Assembly (NCBI RefSeq): GCF_000020385.1
Contig: NC_010814.1
Location: 3,630,001 to 3,662,000 of the forward strand
Length of the DNA: 32,000 bases
Reading direction: 5' to 3'
Source: Trichlorobacter lovleyi SZ
GTDB lineage: Bacteria > Desulfobacterota > Desulfuromonadia > Geobacterales > Pseudopelobacteraceae
In this document: piece by piece, positions 6,344 to 15,489 of the stretch
Layout: the number at the start of each line of letters is the position of its first letter
Position numbering within the stretch: position 1 is the first letter of the stretch
The notes under the pieces: model-generated
Database searches by the model: none
Seen by the model: the letters and a program-made list of their open reading frames with translations, nothing else
What the model was told of the DNA's origin: nothing
Program-made: the position numbers and the translations under genes

Positions 6344-8875
6344 TCAACTGCTGTGTCTGGAAGCACCATGAAGCAGTGCTTTATACAGCGCCTGCAGATA
6401 AGCATGACCATGGAGCAAATCAGGTTCCAAGTGGTTACCTTCAGCCCATTCATTCCAGGCCTTGATAAAAACGATTCGATCAGCAGGGTCTTTTCTTTGC
6501 TCAACCTTCCGCAGGGCATCTTCCAGCATCTCTCCAAACAACTCGGGCGTGGAGCCTTGCAGCACAAAACCGTTACTGCCGCTACGTGGTGTATTATCCC
6601 AGTTAGGCACTACCAGTGGGTATTCATTATCTGACAACTGGTACTGTTTCAAATACAGCACCAAGTCCTCATAGCGAGACACCTTGGGAACGGAATTGCC
6701 AGAAAGGGGAATGACAGGCACCAGAGGTGCATTCATGGAGACAAACGGCGCATTATCAACACAGGCCTGGCAGCCATACGTTTCAGGATTGCGCACGTTA
6801 TGAGCCACAAAGTATATACCGCCCAAACCGGCTTCCTGGGCTAATTGCTGCCAATATGAGGTAAAGAGACAAGCGTCCGGCAGATTGGTTGGAGCATAAA
6901 TTACAAACAGTGGCCTGTCATGCACTCTTAGATAACGCGGATCCCGGAATGCCGGCAGTAGTGTATCGAAGTGCGCCTTATAATCCTCAAGCCCAGGGTA
7001 AGTCTGTTCTATCAACACACGATCCGGTGCCCCGTGCCATATACCTGACCAGGTTTGGTTAGCCCAACCAAGACAGAATGGGAAGTCAGGCTGTCCTGTC
7101 CGCACGACCTCATCAAATGGTCGCTCCAAAAGCTGGTGTCCGGCAAACCAGTAATGCCAGTAACAGAAGGCGTCAACACCATAACGACGCGCCATTTCAG
7201 CTTGTTCTAGCCGTATTTCCGGCACTCTAAGGTCATAATAACCCAAATCAGCAGGAACATGAGGCTGATAATGTCCTTCAAAGAGAGGGACCGCTTTACC
7301 TACATTGGTCCATTCCGTGAAACCTTTGCCCCACCATCTGTCGTTTTCGGGGATCGGATGAAACTGGGGGAGATAGAAAGCGATTGCTAACGCACGCTTC
7401 CCCAAAGGCAGGATTGTTCCTGAATGTACAACATCACGGACATCAATCTGCTCTTTTAGATGCTTTGTCAGATTATTATGAAACAGTGCCGTAAGGTTAC
7501 CCATATCAACAATCGGGTCCCTGAGTCTCACATCAAGCAATGTTTGCAAGAAGGCATGATGCTCAACAGAATCGGGTGTATGCACAGCAACCTGCTTGAA
7601 GTCATCTTCCAGAAAGGTCCCCCAATTAGAGATGGCTGAAAAGGCTACCGTATCGACTCCCAAACTTTTACCAAGCTCTACAAAACCACCCATCTCTTTG
7701 AAATTGCTGACCTGCACAATCATACGCAGTACAATCTGCATATGCTTTCTATATTCCGACTTGGCAAGCCCCTCCAAATTGGATAACAAACGCGAAAAAA
7801 CACCACCTTTTCGAATTATTTCATAACTTTCTGGGGTTACAGCATCAACGGAAATCGCAATCAGGAATATCTTGTCAACAACTCTCGAAAGGACGGCAGA
7901 AAAACTCCCCTCTGTCAGCAACATGCCATTGGTGTCAATTCTGATTCGGATTGTTGGATATCTGTTCCAATCAAATTCAGCAAAAATCCTGCGATATACT
8001 GAGCTGGCGAGAGGATCACCGGCACCAGAAAACCAAAGTTCCTCAACTCCCAAGGGTATTGCATCCAAAACAGCCATATCTTGGGAATAGGTTGTTGCAG
8101 CCTCCTGAGGCGAAGCTACATAAAGCGATGTCCGACACGAAGGACACGCCAGATTACAGGTAGGATCATCATCAAAGGAAACAATACGAGGCACTCTACC
8201 CTCAAGGGCATCTTCAACCATAAAGTTGAGCCCCCTCGAGATAAGCTCGGAAGAGCAGAATAATTCGTAGGGGATCTGATAGGCGGTACTGTTCCGATAT
8301 TCTCCTAGACCTATCTTCTGCATGCCTGCGCATTTACGCTTGTCACAGTAGCGATAACTACCGTCTTTAATCGATTGGCGCAAGACACGAGCCACAGGAG
8401 AATGCCATATTTCCTCTAAAGACTGCTGGCGGATATTCCCTATGGAAAAGGGAAGATAACAGCAAGGAGACAAATCACCATTGGTGTGGAGTTCAAGATA
8501 AAGAAACGGATTGGGACAGATAATACCTGAAAATTCGTCACCATATGAATAGGTCGGTATGTTCACAAGCGATGGAATCGCAGCTTCACCGCCAGGACAT
8601 CCCCCATCAACCCCCAAGTAAGCATCAAAATAAGCCTGCCATCCCGGCGGAGGGGATGGAGACACATCTACAGCCAGTGACTGTAAAAACGTCTTTTCCG
8701 CCAAATCTGTAACTACCGTATTCGGGCACAGATCAATGCCTTGCGCATCATGCAATAGCGAGATCAAGGCAGCAGCGTGCTTCTTGATAAGTGTCAGTGT
8801 ACGATGATCTCGGCAGGTTCTAATAGCATTAGCCATACGGGACATCACTAGTTGAAGATAGTGGTCTGTATTCAT
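6344..8875 (-). CDS. Fusion protein: radical SAM domain (with an upstream SPASM/twitch-like Cys motif) plus C-terminal WbsX-type glycosyltransferase-like domain
   Basis: Radical SAM core: DDDPTCNLACPSCR (CX3CX2C), WFSGAGDPL, RIDTNGMLL, ISVDAVTPESYEIIRKGG. Upstream of the core: CPNPFLYLELHTNGDLSPCC (CX12GX4C), then GNIRQQSLEEIWHSP and YCDKRKC. C-terminal half: AFYLPQFHPIPENDRWWGKGFTEWTNV...YGVDAFCYWHYWF...AWNEWAEGN, the WbsX-family signature. I chose the start at ATG 8875; the track start 8881 is a TTG two codons upstream. Confidence 0.75.
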   Translation of the reverse strand: MNTDHYLQLVMSRMANAIRTCRDHRTLTLIKKHAAALISLLHDAQGIDLCPNTVVTDLAEKTFLQSLAVDVSPSPPPGWQAYFDAYLGVDGGCPGGEAAIPSLVNIPTYSYGDEFSGIICPNPFLYLELHTNGDLSPCCYLPFSIGNIRQQSLEEIWHSPVARVLRQSIKDGSYRYCDKRKCAGMQKIGLGEYRNSTAYQIPYELFCSSELISRGLNFMVEDALEGRVPRIVSFDDDPTCNLACPSCRTSLYVASPQEAATTYSQDMAVLDAIPLGVEELWFSGAGDPLASSVYRRIFAEFDWNRYPTIRIRIDTNGMLLTEGSFSAVLSRVVDKIFLIAISVDAVTPESYEIIRKGGVFSRLLSNLEGLAKSEYRKHMQIVLRMIVQVSNFKEMGGFVELGKSLGVDTVAFSAISNWGTFLEDDFKQVAVHTPDSVEHHAFLQTLLDVRLRDPIVDMGNLTALFHNNLTKHLKEQIDVRDVVHSGTILPLGKRALAIAFYLPQFHPIPENDRWWGKGFTEWTNVGKAVPLFEGHYQPHVPADLGYYDLRVPEIRLEQAEMARRYGVDAFCYWHYWFAGHQLLERPFDEVVRTGQPDFPFCLGWANQTWSGIWHGAPDRVLIEQTYPGLEDYKAHFDTLLPAFRDPRYLRVHDRPLFVIYAPTNLPDACLFTSYWQQLAQEAGLGGIYFVAHNVRNPETYGCQACVDNAPFVSMNAPLVPVIPLSGNSVPKVSRYEDLVLYLKQYQLSDNEYPLVVPNWDNTPRSGSNGFVLQGSTPELFGEMLEDALRKVEQRKDPADRIVFIKAWNEWAEGNHLEPDLLHGHAYLQALYKALLHGASRHSS

Positions 8876-8895
8876 GATCAATCTCTTTTACTCAC

Positions 8896-10929
8896 TTAAT
8901 AAGCAGGCCTACCGACAGCAAGGTCAACCAGCAAGTTTATGCTTTTTTGCGGGTCACCAAGCGCTCTGGCCAGAAATGTCTTTCTAGCCTCCTGCACTTC
9001 CGATGAAAACCACCATTCCTCTGGAGCATCGGCAACGTGAACCAGAAACTCCGCTGCTGCCTGAGGATCTGTCTGGCAAATCCCAACAGTGATCAGAGGA
9101 TCAAAAAAATCCCTGTAGTACACATCCAAAAAACCAAGGGGGGCTGGAAACAGCAAGATGGTTGGAATATTCATACTGAGTGACTCAAGGTGCGTTGTGG
9201 CCAGATATGCAACCACAACCAAACGAGATGCAGCCATGACCTCCTTACAGCTTCTGGAAAGATCATCTCTGGTTGAATCTACCAGTAAATCTTCTAGAAA
9301 CGTCATATCATCCTGGCAGTTTTTCCAGTTACTACCATAGCCGCTCTTGGGATATCCACGGTAATGAATGTATTTTCTAACTCCCACTTCCAGAGAGTCT
9401 AGAAACTTTCTCTTAAACTGAATACCGTGGATAGCATGGAAGCCATTACCTGCCAAAGCAGAACTGCCACTCAGCAGTGAATCCTTCATGAAAGCCAAAC
9501 CGCTTACATACAGAATCCGATGTTCATAATGCGACCGGGGCTGCCGTTCTTCTCCAAAATCATAGAGTGAACCGCCTTGGACACCATTTCTGATTAATAT
9601 GCTATGGGCTCCATGAGCCATGTAGATATCGCAGAGTTTTGACCAGCGCGGCAATGCAGACGCAACAAAAGGATGCTCAGAATAATTATGTTCATGATAG
9701 ATTGTCTTGACGCCCTGTTGCATGAGGATAGCCAGCACAATCGGTTCGATTGCATCACCAATCCACAGCTCACTGACCACATATTTCAAACGACGGTATA
9801 ATGACATTTGAGTCATTATTGAACCGTACACAGCTCTCCAATCCTCAACAAATGTACGGGGAAACAACGCAGTGAAGGTAGAAAGGAAAAAATTGCTGAA
9901 ACGGTCCAGCTCAACCGCCGGTTGTGCAAGAAATGTCCGTTTTTCAAAATCAATCGTGGTACCACAGGTAAAAAGACGGTCATATCCAATCCGCTGAATC
10001 TCATATCCCGAACGGGTTGCCAGCTGCTGAGACCACTGTTCCTTGAACCACGAGCCAAGAATCCCCACAATAGGCTGATAGGGGGTTGGTGGAGTCGGAG
10101 AGGCTTGAACATAATCCGAGTGATACGCCTGTTGATAGAATGGGAAACGACCGGAATGGAAATAGCTACAATACATGCTGAATAGCTGTTCTTGCCCAAA
10201 ATCACGATCAGACAGAAACCAGTGCAGGTCATCATAGTCAACTGGCATATAAAAACATGCTGGGTCAAGCATAACAGCATGAACATCAGACACCGCCAAT
10301 GCAGATTCTGCAGCGACAAAGTGGTCATAGACTAATGTCAGATGCCGGTCAAGACTCATTCCAAGAGCCCTGCGCCAGAATTCTATCCCCAACTGGCTGC
10401 CATGAATGGCATCCAAACGTTCAGCAAGCAGAGGCATTACCTGCTCGGTAACAGCAGAAAGATATGATGCGGATGCCTTCAGACCCTCTGGATGAGTACG
10501 CTCTGTCGCAACCTCCTGAAAAGACCCACCCCCTAAAATTCTACGTAAGCATAATCCTGTGAACGCATCAGGGACGAGATACTCATCAGCACCAGCACCA
10601 TGTTGCAACGCCAAGGCCGACGGCAGAAAAAATCTCCTTCTTTTTGCCAATGTACCAGTCTTATCTACTGCTACCGACCATCCAAGTACCTCAAGACTTT
10701 TCAATGCCTCTGGGTTCCCATGACGAGCAGCCTCTTTAAAAAGGGCATAAGCTTGAGCAAATTTGCGCTCACGCACCATCATACATGCCATGAAATTTGC
10801 GTGATTCGGACAGTTCAAGGCTGTCAACGCAGTAGTGTTGCTGAACACGCTTGCGTCAGCCTTGGCATAGTTTCCGCCAGCAAGTAGATTAGATATATGA
10901 TCAGACAAATCATCCATAAACGATCTCAT
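8896..10929 (-). CDS. Large uncharacterised protein: N-terminal Sel1/TPR-like repeat, C-terminal putative transferase domain
   Basis: 677-aa ORF. The N-terminus has a Sel1-like repeat, FAQAYALFKEAARHGNPEALKSLEVLGW. The C-terminal part has YHEHNYSEHP...ILYVSG...IHYRGYPKS...RLVVVAYLATTHLESLSMNIPTILLF. This pattern recalls O-antigen-region putative transferases (LIC12162-type) and TagF-like folds. The coding call is solid; the function is a guess. Confidence 0.35.
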   Translation of the reverse strand: MRSFMDDLSDHISNLLAGGNYAKADASVFSNTTALTALNCPNHANFMACMMVRERKFAQAYALFKEAARHGNPEALKSLEVLGWSVAVDKTGTLAKRRRFFLPSALALQHGAGADEYLVPDAFTGLCLRRILGGGSFQEVATERTHPEGLKASASYLSAVTEQVMPLLAERLDAIHGSQLGIEFWRRALGMSLDRHLTLVYDHFVAAESALAVSDVHAVMLDPACFYMPVDYDDLHWFLSDRDFGQEQLFSMYCSYFHSGRFPFYQQAYHSDYVQASPTPPTPYQPIVGILGSWFKEQWSQQLATRSGYEIQRIGYDRLFTCGTTIDFEKRTFLAQPAVELDRFSNFFLSTFTALFPRTFVEDWRAVYGSIMTQMSLYRRLKYVVSELWIGDAIEPIVLAILMQQGVKTIYHEHNYSEHPFVASALPRWSKLCDIYMAHGAHSILIRNGVQGGSLYDFGEERQPRSHYEHRILYVSGLAFMKDSLLSGSSALAGNGFHAIHGIQFKRKFLDSLEVGVRKYIHYRGYPKSGYGSNWKNCQDDMTFLEDLLVDSTRDDLSRSCKEVMAASRLVVVAYLATTHLESLSMNIPTILLFPAPLGFLDVYYRDFFDPLITVGICQTDPQAAAEFLVHVADAPEEWWFSSEVQEARKTFLARALGDPQKSINLLVDLAVGRPAY

Positions 10930-10949
10930 CAGTCAGCGGGTAGTATTCA

Positions 10950-13172
10950 TTAGATAAGCGCCTTCCAGTCGGCAATCGTTGGAGTAGCGCATACATCCAA
11001 ACGTTGTCGTACTGCTTTAGAAAAGCTCGGGGACCTCCAGCATCGTGCCAGATTTACAGCAGAGGCCAGACAGTCAGGCTCATCTGGCAAGCACTGGGCA
11101 ATCAGTATATTCTTTTCCAGCAATCCTTCTGTAACGGCAAGATATGATGCAGACTGAAATAACAGGCAAAAAGCGTTCGAAACGGGGTACACCTGCAACA
11201 GGCGATACACTCGTTCAAATGCCTGCGCAAATTCTCCATTTCTAAAAAGAAGCTGACACATCAGCAATTCATCTTCAGGATGCAGCACCGGCTGCCGCAC
11301 TACGATTTCCAATGCTTGGCTCCAACCACCCAACGCAAGTAATGTCTTAGCGCAGTTCCATCTCAGATCGCTGCCTTGCTCTACTGCTTTTTGGCTTTCT
11401 TCAAGCCGATCCGACACCCTTGCTGAAATGCTACCAACGGCAAAAGGGTCCAACGGCATACTGCCTATTGCGGTATGTAACCGCTTTAGTTCGTTGTCAT
11501 CAAAGACATGGGCGCTTCTCCCCCATAACCCAAGTAGCCGCACCGGCAACTGTGAGGTCAGCCAGTCGGTCGCGCCAGCCTCATTGACGATGCGCTGCCA
11601 GTCATCTCCGGCAAGGCGAAAAAATGCCGCCAGATATTCGCAGCCGAGCAGCCATGGATCAGGTGTGAACTCTGCAGGGTATATGTGAACAATCACACTC
11701 CAACCTGCATAGAGCTGAAACAGAGCAACATCAGGATAGGCGTCTGCCACAGCGGTTCCCAGCATCGGAATCAGATCACCTTGCCTGAGCGCCTTGACAA
11801 CGCCATCCCATGCCGCCTGCGCTCCGGTTGTTTCCTGGAGGCCATGCAGCGGTATCATGCGCCATGCAGGCTGTCTTTTCCCTTCTTCTAAAAGAATGTA
11901 GAGGTGATCCAAAAACAAGGGGAGAGATCTGCCAGCCGCCGGATACTTACGGTTACGCCTTTCAAGCAGCCGTTCACAGCATGCGTCTGGTGAGGCAAGG
12001 ATTTTTGAGACAAGCTCAAGCAGTTGTCGAAGACTGAATACAGTGTAACCAATCTCTGTCTCCTGTGGCATAGGTGCCGCATCCTGCTCATCGAAGCGTA
12101 TCGCTGGTTGCAACGTTGCCATTGCAAACACTTCCGAGGAACTCCCTCTATGGTGTATAAGTAGTGCCCCGTTTCGGTAGTCTTCGATATAGGAGGGCCC
12201 AAGGCTAAGTACAAATTGCGGGTTACTGGAAAAACGCTCAATCAATTCGCGATGGCACGCCTCATCTCCCGGAAAAGGCCGAAATATCAGACGGCGACCT
12301 GGAAACGACTCTAACAGGGATTCAACCGTTCTGATTGCATTGGAGCGTGCCTTGTCACTCTCGAGTTTCCAGTAGGAAAAATTATATATGATATCGACTG
12401 GTTGAGTGTCTGACATCCTGGAAATGAAGCTGTCGATTTTCGTATTTCCAAAAGGGACCAGTGTTAGCGTTTCTGAACGATGGTCGATAATTTCGCGAGG
12501 GAAAAGATCTATCAGAAGCTCTTCAAAGTTGGGGGCCAGGATATCCGGTTCAAAACTGGGACAAAGTAAATAGTCAAACATGAGCCCCGCGCCGTAAAAC
12601 ATGTACCCATAACGAGCAAGAATATCCGTGCCGTGAGGCTGCAGAATCCGCAACGTATTGGGAGGCAACCGACGCATCTTCTCCGCTGCATAGTCCAAGG
12701 CTATTACGGCATCAAGAAAATCCAGACGCACCAGCTTTTCCCCGGGCGGAGCCCATATCCAAGGGTAACCACTGAAGGCAGTATCCAGAAAACGATCTGG
12801 CGGAGTTAGGTGGATATCAGACATAACAACAAACAGCTGATATCGTTCATCATAACGCAACAGATCCGCCCAAGCGGTTTGCATCTGATTGAACATCGGG
12901 CCACTATATTCGTGGATAAGCAGCCCTATTGCTTTCTTGCCGCCGCAGGCCTGTTTTGCCAAAGAGAGCTGGAGATTAAAGAGCTCCTCAACCCAGTCAG
13001 CAGTGCCCTTTGAACCATCACAAAATCCCTCTAAAACCGCTGAGTGCTCAAATCCGAGTGTCTTCAGACACGAAAGATATGGCCCCAATACAGCAAGCTC
13101 AGGTTTACCATAAAGCTTGCCAGCAAGAAGCGATTGATCTGTAGCATAGATAGAGGAGTATGATCTTTTCAT
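10950..13172 (-). CDS. Large uncharacterised protein: N-terminal putative TagF-like (CDP-activated phospho-)transferase region, C-terminal helical-repeat region
   Basis: I chose the start at ATG 13172 (MKRSYSS), preceded by GGTGG and 11 nt after the upstream stop. The 13229 extension would overlap the kinase gene by 44 nt. LVPFGNTKID...VDIIYNFSYWK...RRLIFRPFPGD...YIEDYRNGALLIHHRGSSSEVFAMATLQPAIRF resembles the G-P-x-D / ILYAPTWR / K-HP / LITDYSS-FD layout of glycerophosphotransferases. The last ~150 aa are TPR-like helices. Function is inferred only. Confidence 0.35.
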   Translation of the reverse strand: MKRSYSSIYATDQSLLAGKLYGKPELAVLGPYLSCLKTLGFEHSAVLEGFCDGSKGTADWVEELFNLQLSLAKQACGGKKAIGLLIHEYSGPMFNQMQTAWADLLRYDERYQLFVVMSDIHLTPPDRFLDTAFSGYPWIWAPPGEKLVRLDFLDAVIALDYAAEKMRRLPPNTLRILQPHGTDILARYGYMFYGAGLMFDYLLCPSFEPDILAPNFEELLIDLFPREIIDHRSETLTLVPFGNTKIDSFISRMSDTQPVDIIYNFSYWKLESDKARSNAIRTVESLLESFPGRRLIFRPFPGDEACHRELIERFSSNPQFVLSLGPSYIEDYRNGALLIHHRGSSSEVFAMATLQPAIRFDEQDAAPMPQETEIGYTVFSLRQLLELVSKILASPDACCERLLERRNRKYPAAGRSLPLFLDHLYILLEEGKRQPAWRMIPLHGLQETTGAQAAWDGVVKALRQGDLIPMLGTAVADAYPDVALFQLYAGWSVIVHIYPAEFTPDPWLLGCEYLAAFFRLAGDDWQRIVNEAGATDWLTSQLPVRLLGLWGRSAHVFDDNELKRLHTAIGSMPLDPFAVGSISARVSDRLEESQKAVEQGSDLRWNCAKTLLALGGWSQALEIVVRQPVLHPEDELLMCQLLFRNGEFAQAFERVYRLLQVYPVSNAFCLLFQSASYLAVTEGLLEKNILIAQCLPDEPDCLASAVNLARCWRSPSFSKAVRQRLDVCATPTIADWKALI

Positions 13173-13185
13173 GACGCCACCACTA

Positions 13186-13752
13186 TCAGGAAGCTGTCGG
13201 CTTAGCCAGCTGTACCAGTCTAGGCACAAGCTGCTGAAGTATCAATTCTATCGTATCCTGAACAGAAGTAACACCGTCTGAAACATCAATACAAAGCTCT
13301 GGGGCAGTGGGCTCCTCAGCAGGAATATCCAGACCCAGTACATTTGAAATCTCGCCCAGGTCATACCGTGTATAGAGTTGCTTGGTCTGATCCCGTCTCC
13401 GACGGGTCGCTTCATCAGATTTCAGGTAGACCTCAAAATAACCGGGCAATGTTTGCCGATGGTATTCCTGCACCTCTCTGATGGCGGTATTGGCAGCAAC
13501 AATTATGATAATCCCCTGGTCAGCCAGCATAGCCGCCAGGCGACCGATACGCAGGGCATTTTCAGTCCGGCTCTTTAGGTCATAGTGGCTTGTTTCCATG
13601 CCAAGTACCACCCGCATGGCATCACCATCCAAGATGACGGCAGCATGGCCCACATTCTGCAATCGCTCTTTGAGTGCCCAGGCAACCGTTGTCTTTCCTG
13701 CATTTGGAAGACCGATGATCCAGATTATCAATTGGGTGCTCACAGTCTGCAT
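13186..13752 (-). CDS. cysC: APS-kinase-fold kinase; by context more likely a Cj1415-type cytidine diphosphoramidate 3'-kinase than a sulfate-assimilation CysC
   Basis: P-loop IIGLPNAGKTTVAWAL, ILDGDAMR, and FEVYLKSDEATRRRRD.TKQLY are the adenylylsulfate kinase hallmarks. No ATP sulfurylase or sulfotransferase is present in the window. The gene sits 2.3 kb downstream of the Cj1418/1417/1416-like genes. It starts at ATG 13752 and overlaps the upstream gene by 13 nt. Confidence 0.7.
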   Translation of the reverse strand: MQTVSTQLIIWIIGLPNAGKTTVAWALKERLQNVGHAAVILDGDAMRVVLGMETSHYDLKSRTENALRIGRLAAMLADQGIIIIVAANTAIREVQEYHRQTLPGYFEVYLKSDEATRRRRDQTKQLYTRYDLGEISNVLGLDIPAEEPTAPELCIDVSDGVTSVQDTIELILQQLVPRLVQLAKPTAS

Positions 13753-14774
13753 AGTTCTAAAAATTCAGAAAATTCAATCCAATCGAGATATTCACGGTCA
13801 CTACGGTGCAACAGTTTACCAGAAAGTTCGGGAAAAGCCGCCTGTAAGCCATCTCGAAATGTTGCGTCATTTTGTATAAAGCGTTGCGTTGTTTCAGCGT
13901 CCTTACAAACTATTCCCTCTATGTACAATTTTGTATCGTCATTTCTCAATCCAGATGCATTTCTGCGGAGCAGTATGATAGATGAGTGTGAACGATAATA
14001 ATCTGCAAAGCTGTCCAAAGAAAGATAGCAAACCTGTTTTCCGGTCCCAAGCGCAAGACTACCTTGTCCATGAACATTAAAGGAAATGTCAAAAACACCA
14101 CAGACTGCCCGGCTGAATAACAAGAAAAAATCTTCTGGCGAACGAACTGCATATAAAAGTGTTACACCCTTTGCAAAGGCGACTGATACCCGAGAAGGGA
14201 TAGACTTCTCATCACTGTAAGTTTGAATACGACAATTCCCATGCAGTTGTTTTGCCATAAGATTAAAAAATGGCGATATATCGAATCCCTCCCATGCAAC
14301 CCCCTGAACTGTGAGTTCGGGCCTGGCCATGGGTATTTTTGCCATATCCAGCAAGGTTGCACAGCACGCAATACCTTCAATACAACCAAAAAGAGTTTGG
14401 CCATGCTCATAATAGATTGGCGTAAGGTCATCGATAGTCTGCAAGGCAGCCCATTTGGAAAGATTGCTAGAAAAATCATCAGGATGATGGATCAGCTCCT
14501 GATACAACCGTCCCACCTCTGACAGGTCACCACTCGATAATGCCTGCAACATCCAGATGTAACAAGAAATATCCTGAGAATAACGGGCATGCATAAACCA
14601 ATCATAAGCCTGTTGCATGGTTCGGAAATCGTATATTTTCTTGATGGGAGGAGAGGTTGCTATAGCCCCAAATTCCAAATATGAAACAACTTCTCCACCA
14701 TCATTATAATGGTTATTCACCAGGGTCCTCCACGACGAATATTCCTTCTGGCAACTTTTTCGAATACGAATCAT
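13740..14774 (-). CDS. Hypothetical protein (no recognisable family)
   Basis: 344-aa ORF in operon phase with no motif I can place. The start is uncertain: ATG 14774 overlaps the upstream gene by 62 nt, and the next in-frame ATG is at 14618 (MQQAYDWF). Confidence 0.45.
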   Translation of the reverse strand: MIRIRKSCQKEYSSWRTLVNNHYNDGGEVVSYLEFGAIATSPPIKKIYDFRTMQQAYDWFMHARYSQDISCYIWMLQALSSGDLSEVGRLYQELIHHPDDFSSNLSKWAALQTIDDLTPIYYEHGQTLFGCIEGIACCATLLDMAKIPMARPELTVQGVAWEGFDISPFFNLMAKQLHGNCRIQTYSDEKSIPSRVSVAFAKGVTLLYAVRSPEDFFLLFSRAVCGVFDISFNVHGQGSLALGTGKQVCYLSLDSFADYYRSHSSIILLRRNASGLRNDDTKLYIEGIVCKDAETTQRFIQNDATFRDGLQAAFPELSGKLLHRSDREYLDWIEFSEFLELCRL

Positions 14775-15489
14775 TCAATCGCTTTATAGCCACCAGTCTG
14801 AGAAATGGGTGCATTACAAAATATGGTTTGCATTGTGGCGCAGAGATATTCTTTTGAGGCTTCGGGGATAATTTGCAGTGCCAACGTCGTAGCAGGCGCT
14901 CTAACACCATTGATCTTACATACGGATCAAGAATAGCATCAACAAAATGAGACTGATCTTGGTTAAGGTATATATTCACTCGAAAGGCAGCTTCTTCAAG
15001 GATTGGGCCATCATCAAGCTCCGCGCCCATGAAAAATGCTGTTCCATAAAGCGTCCCGTCCTCAAGCAAACTATAATAAAATGTTGTACTTCCTCGATAT
15101 GCTGGAAGCCGTCCTGGGTGTACATGGATAAACCGCTTGCCAGAGGACAAAATCTTGTCACGTAGTATGCCGCCACCGGTAAAAATCCATGTCTCAAGAT
15201 CAAAACCGTCCAGATACTGCAGCAGTTCATCATCATTTATATTGTTCGCCCCCACAGTATCCAGAGGTATCCCATGGCGCTTGCAATATTTTTCAGCTGT
15301 CTCTGTTACATCAAAATATGACGTATCATAGTGATATCGCATTGACTCAGCACAAATATCCTGAAAATGCAAAATAGAATGAGAAAGCATAACAACACGT
15401 ACGGGATGAACAGCAGCGCGCTCAAAGGCCGCTAGATAAGCAAGGCTTCTCATGCCGGGAAACAAAATCATGCCAAAGGAATTATCCAT
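14713..15489 (-). CDS. Formyltransferase-fold protein (Formyl_trans_N-like; candidate sugar N-formyltransferase)
   Basis: FIHVHPGRLPAYRGSTTFYYSLLEDGTLYGTAFFMGAELDDGPIL matches the formyltransferase core (H-P-S-LP-YRG ... D.G.D.GPI). I chose the start at ATG 15489 (MDNSFGMILFPG), preceded by AAGGTG with 5-nt spacing and overlapping the upstream stop by 8 nt. Confidence 0.6.
   Translation of the reverse strand: MDNSFGMILFPGMRSLAYLAAFERAAVHPVRVVMLSHSILHFQDICAESMRYHYDTSYFDVTETAEKYCKRHGIPLDTVGANNINDDELLQYLDGFDLETWIFTGGGILRDKILSSGKRFIHVHPGRLPAYRGSTTFYYSLLEDGTLYGTAFFMGAELDDGPILEEAAFRVNIYLNQDQSHFVDAILDPYVRSMVLERLLRRWHCKLSPKPQKNISAPQCKPYFVMHPFLRLVAIKRLNDSYSKKLPEGIFVVEDPGE

Noticed and set aside
13186-13752. 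Interpreting the APS-kinase homologue as evidence for a sulfated glycan (PAPS supply)
   Set aside because: I recognised no ATP sulfurylase or sulfotransferase (no PKxGTTW-type 5'-PSB motif) in the window, and the three other Cj1416-1418-like enzymes are adjacent. This reading is not fully excluded, and it is listed as the refutation route for finding 1.
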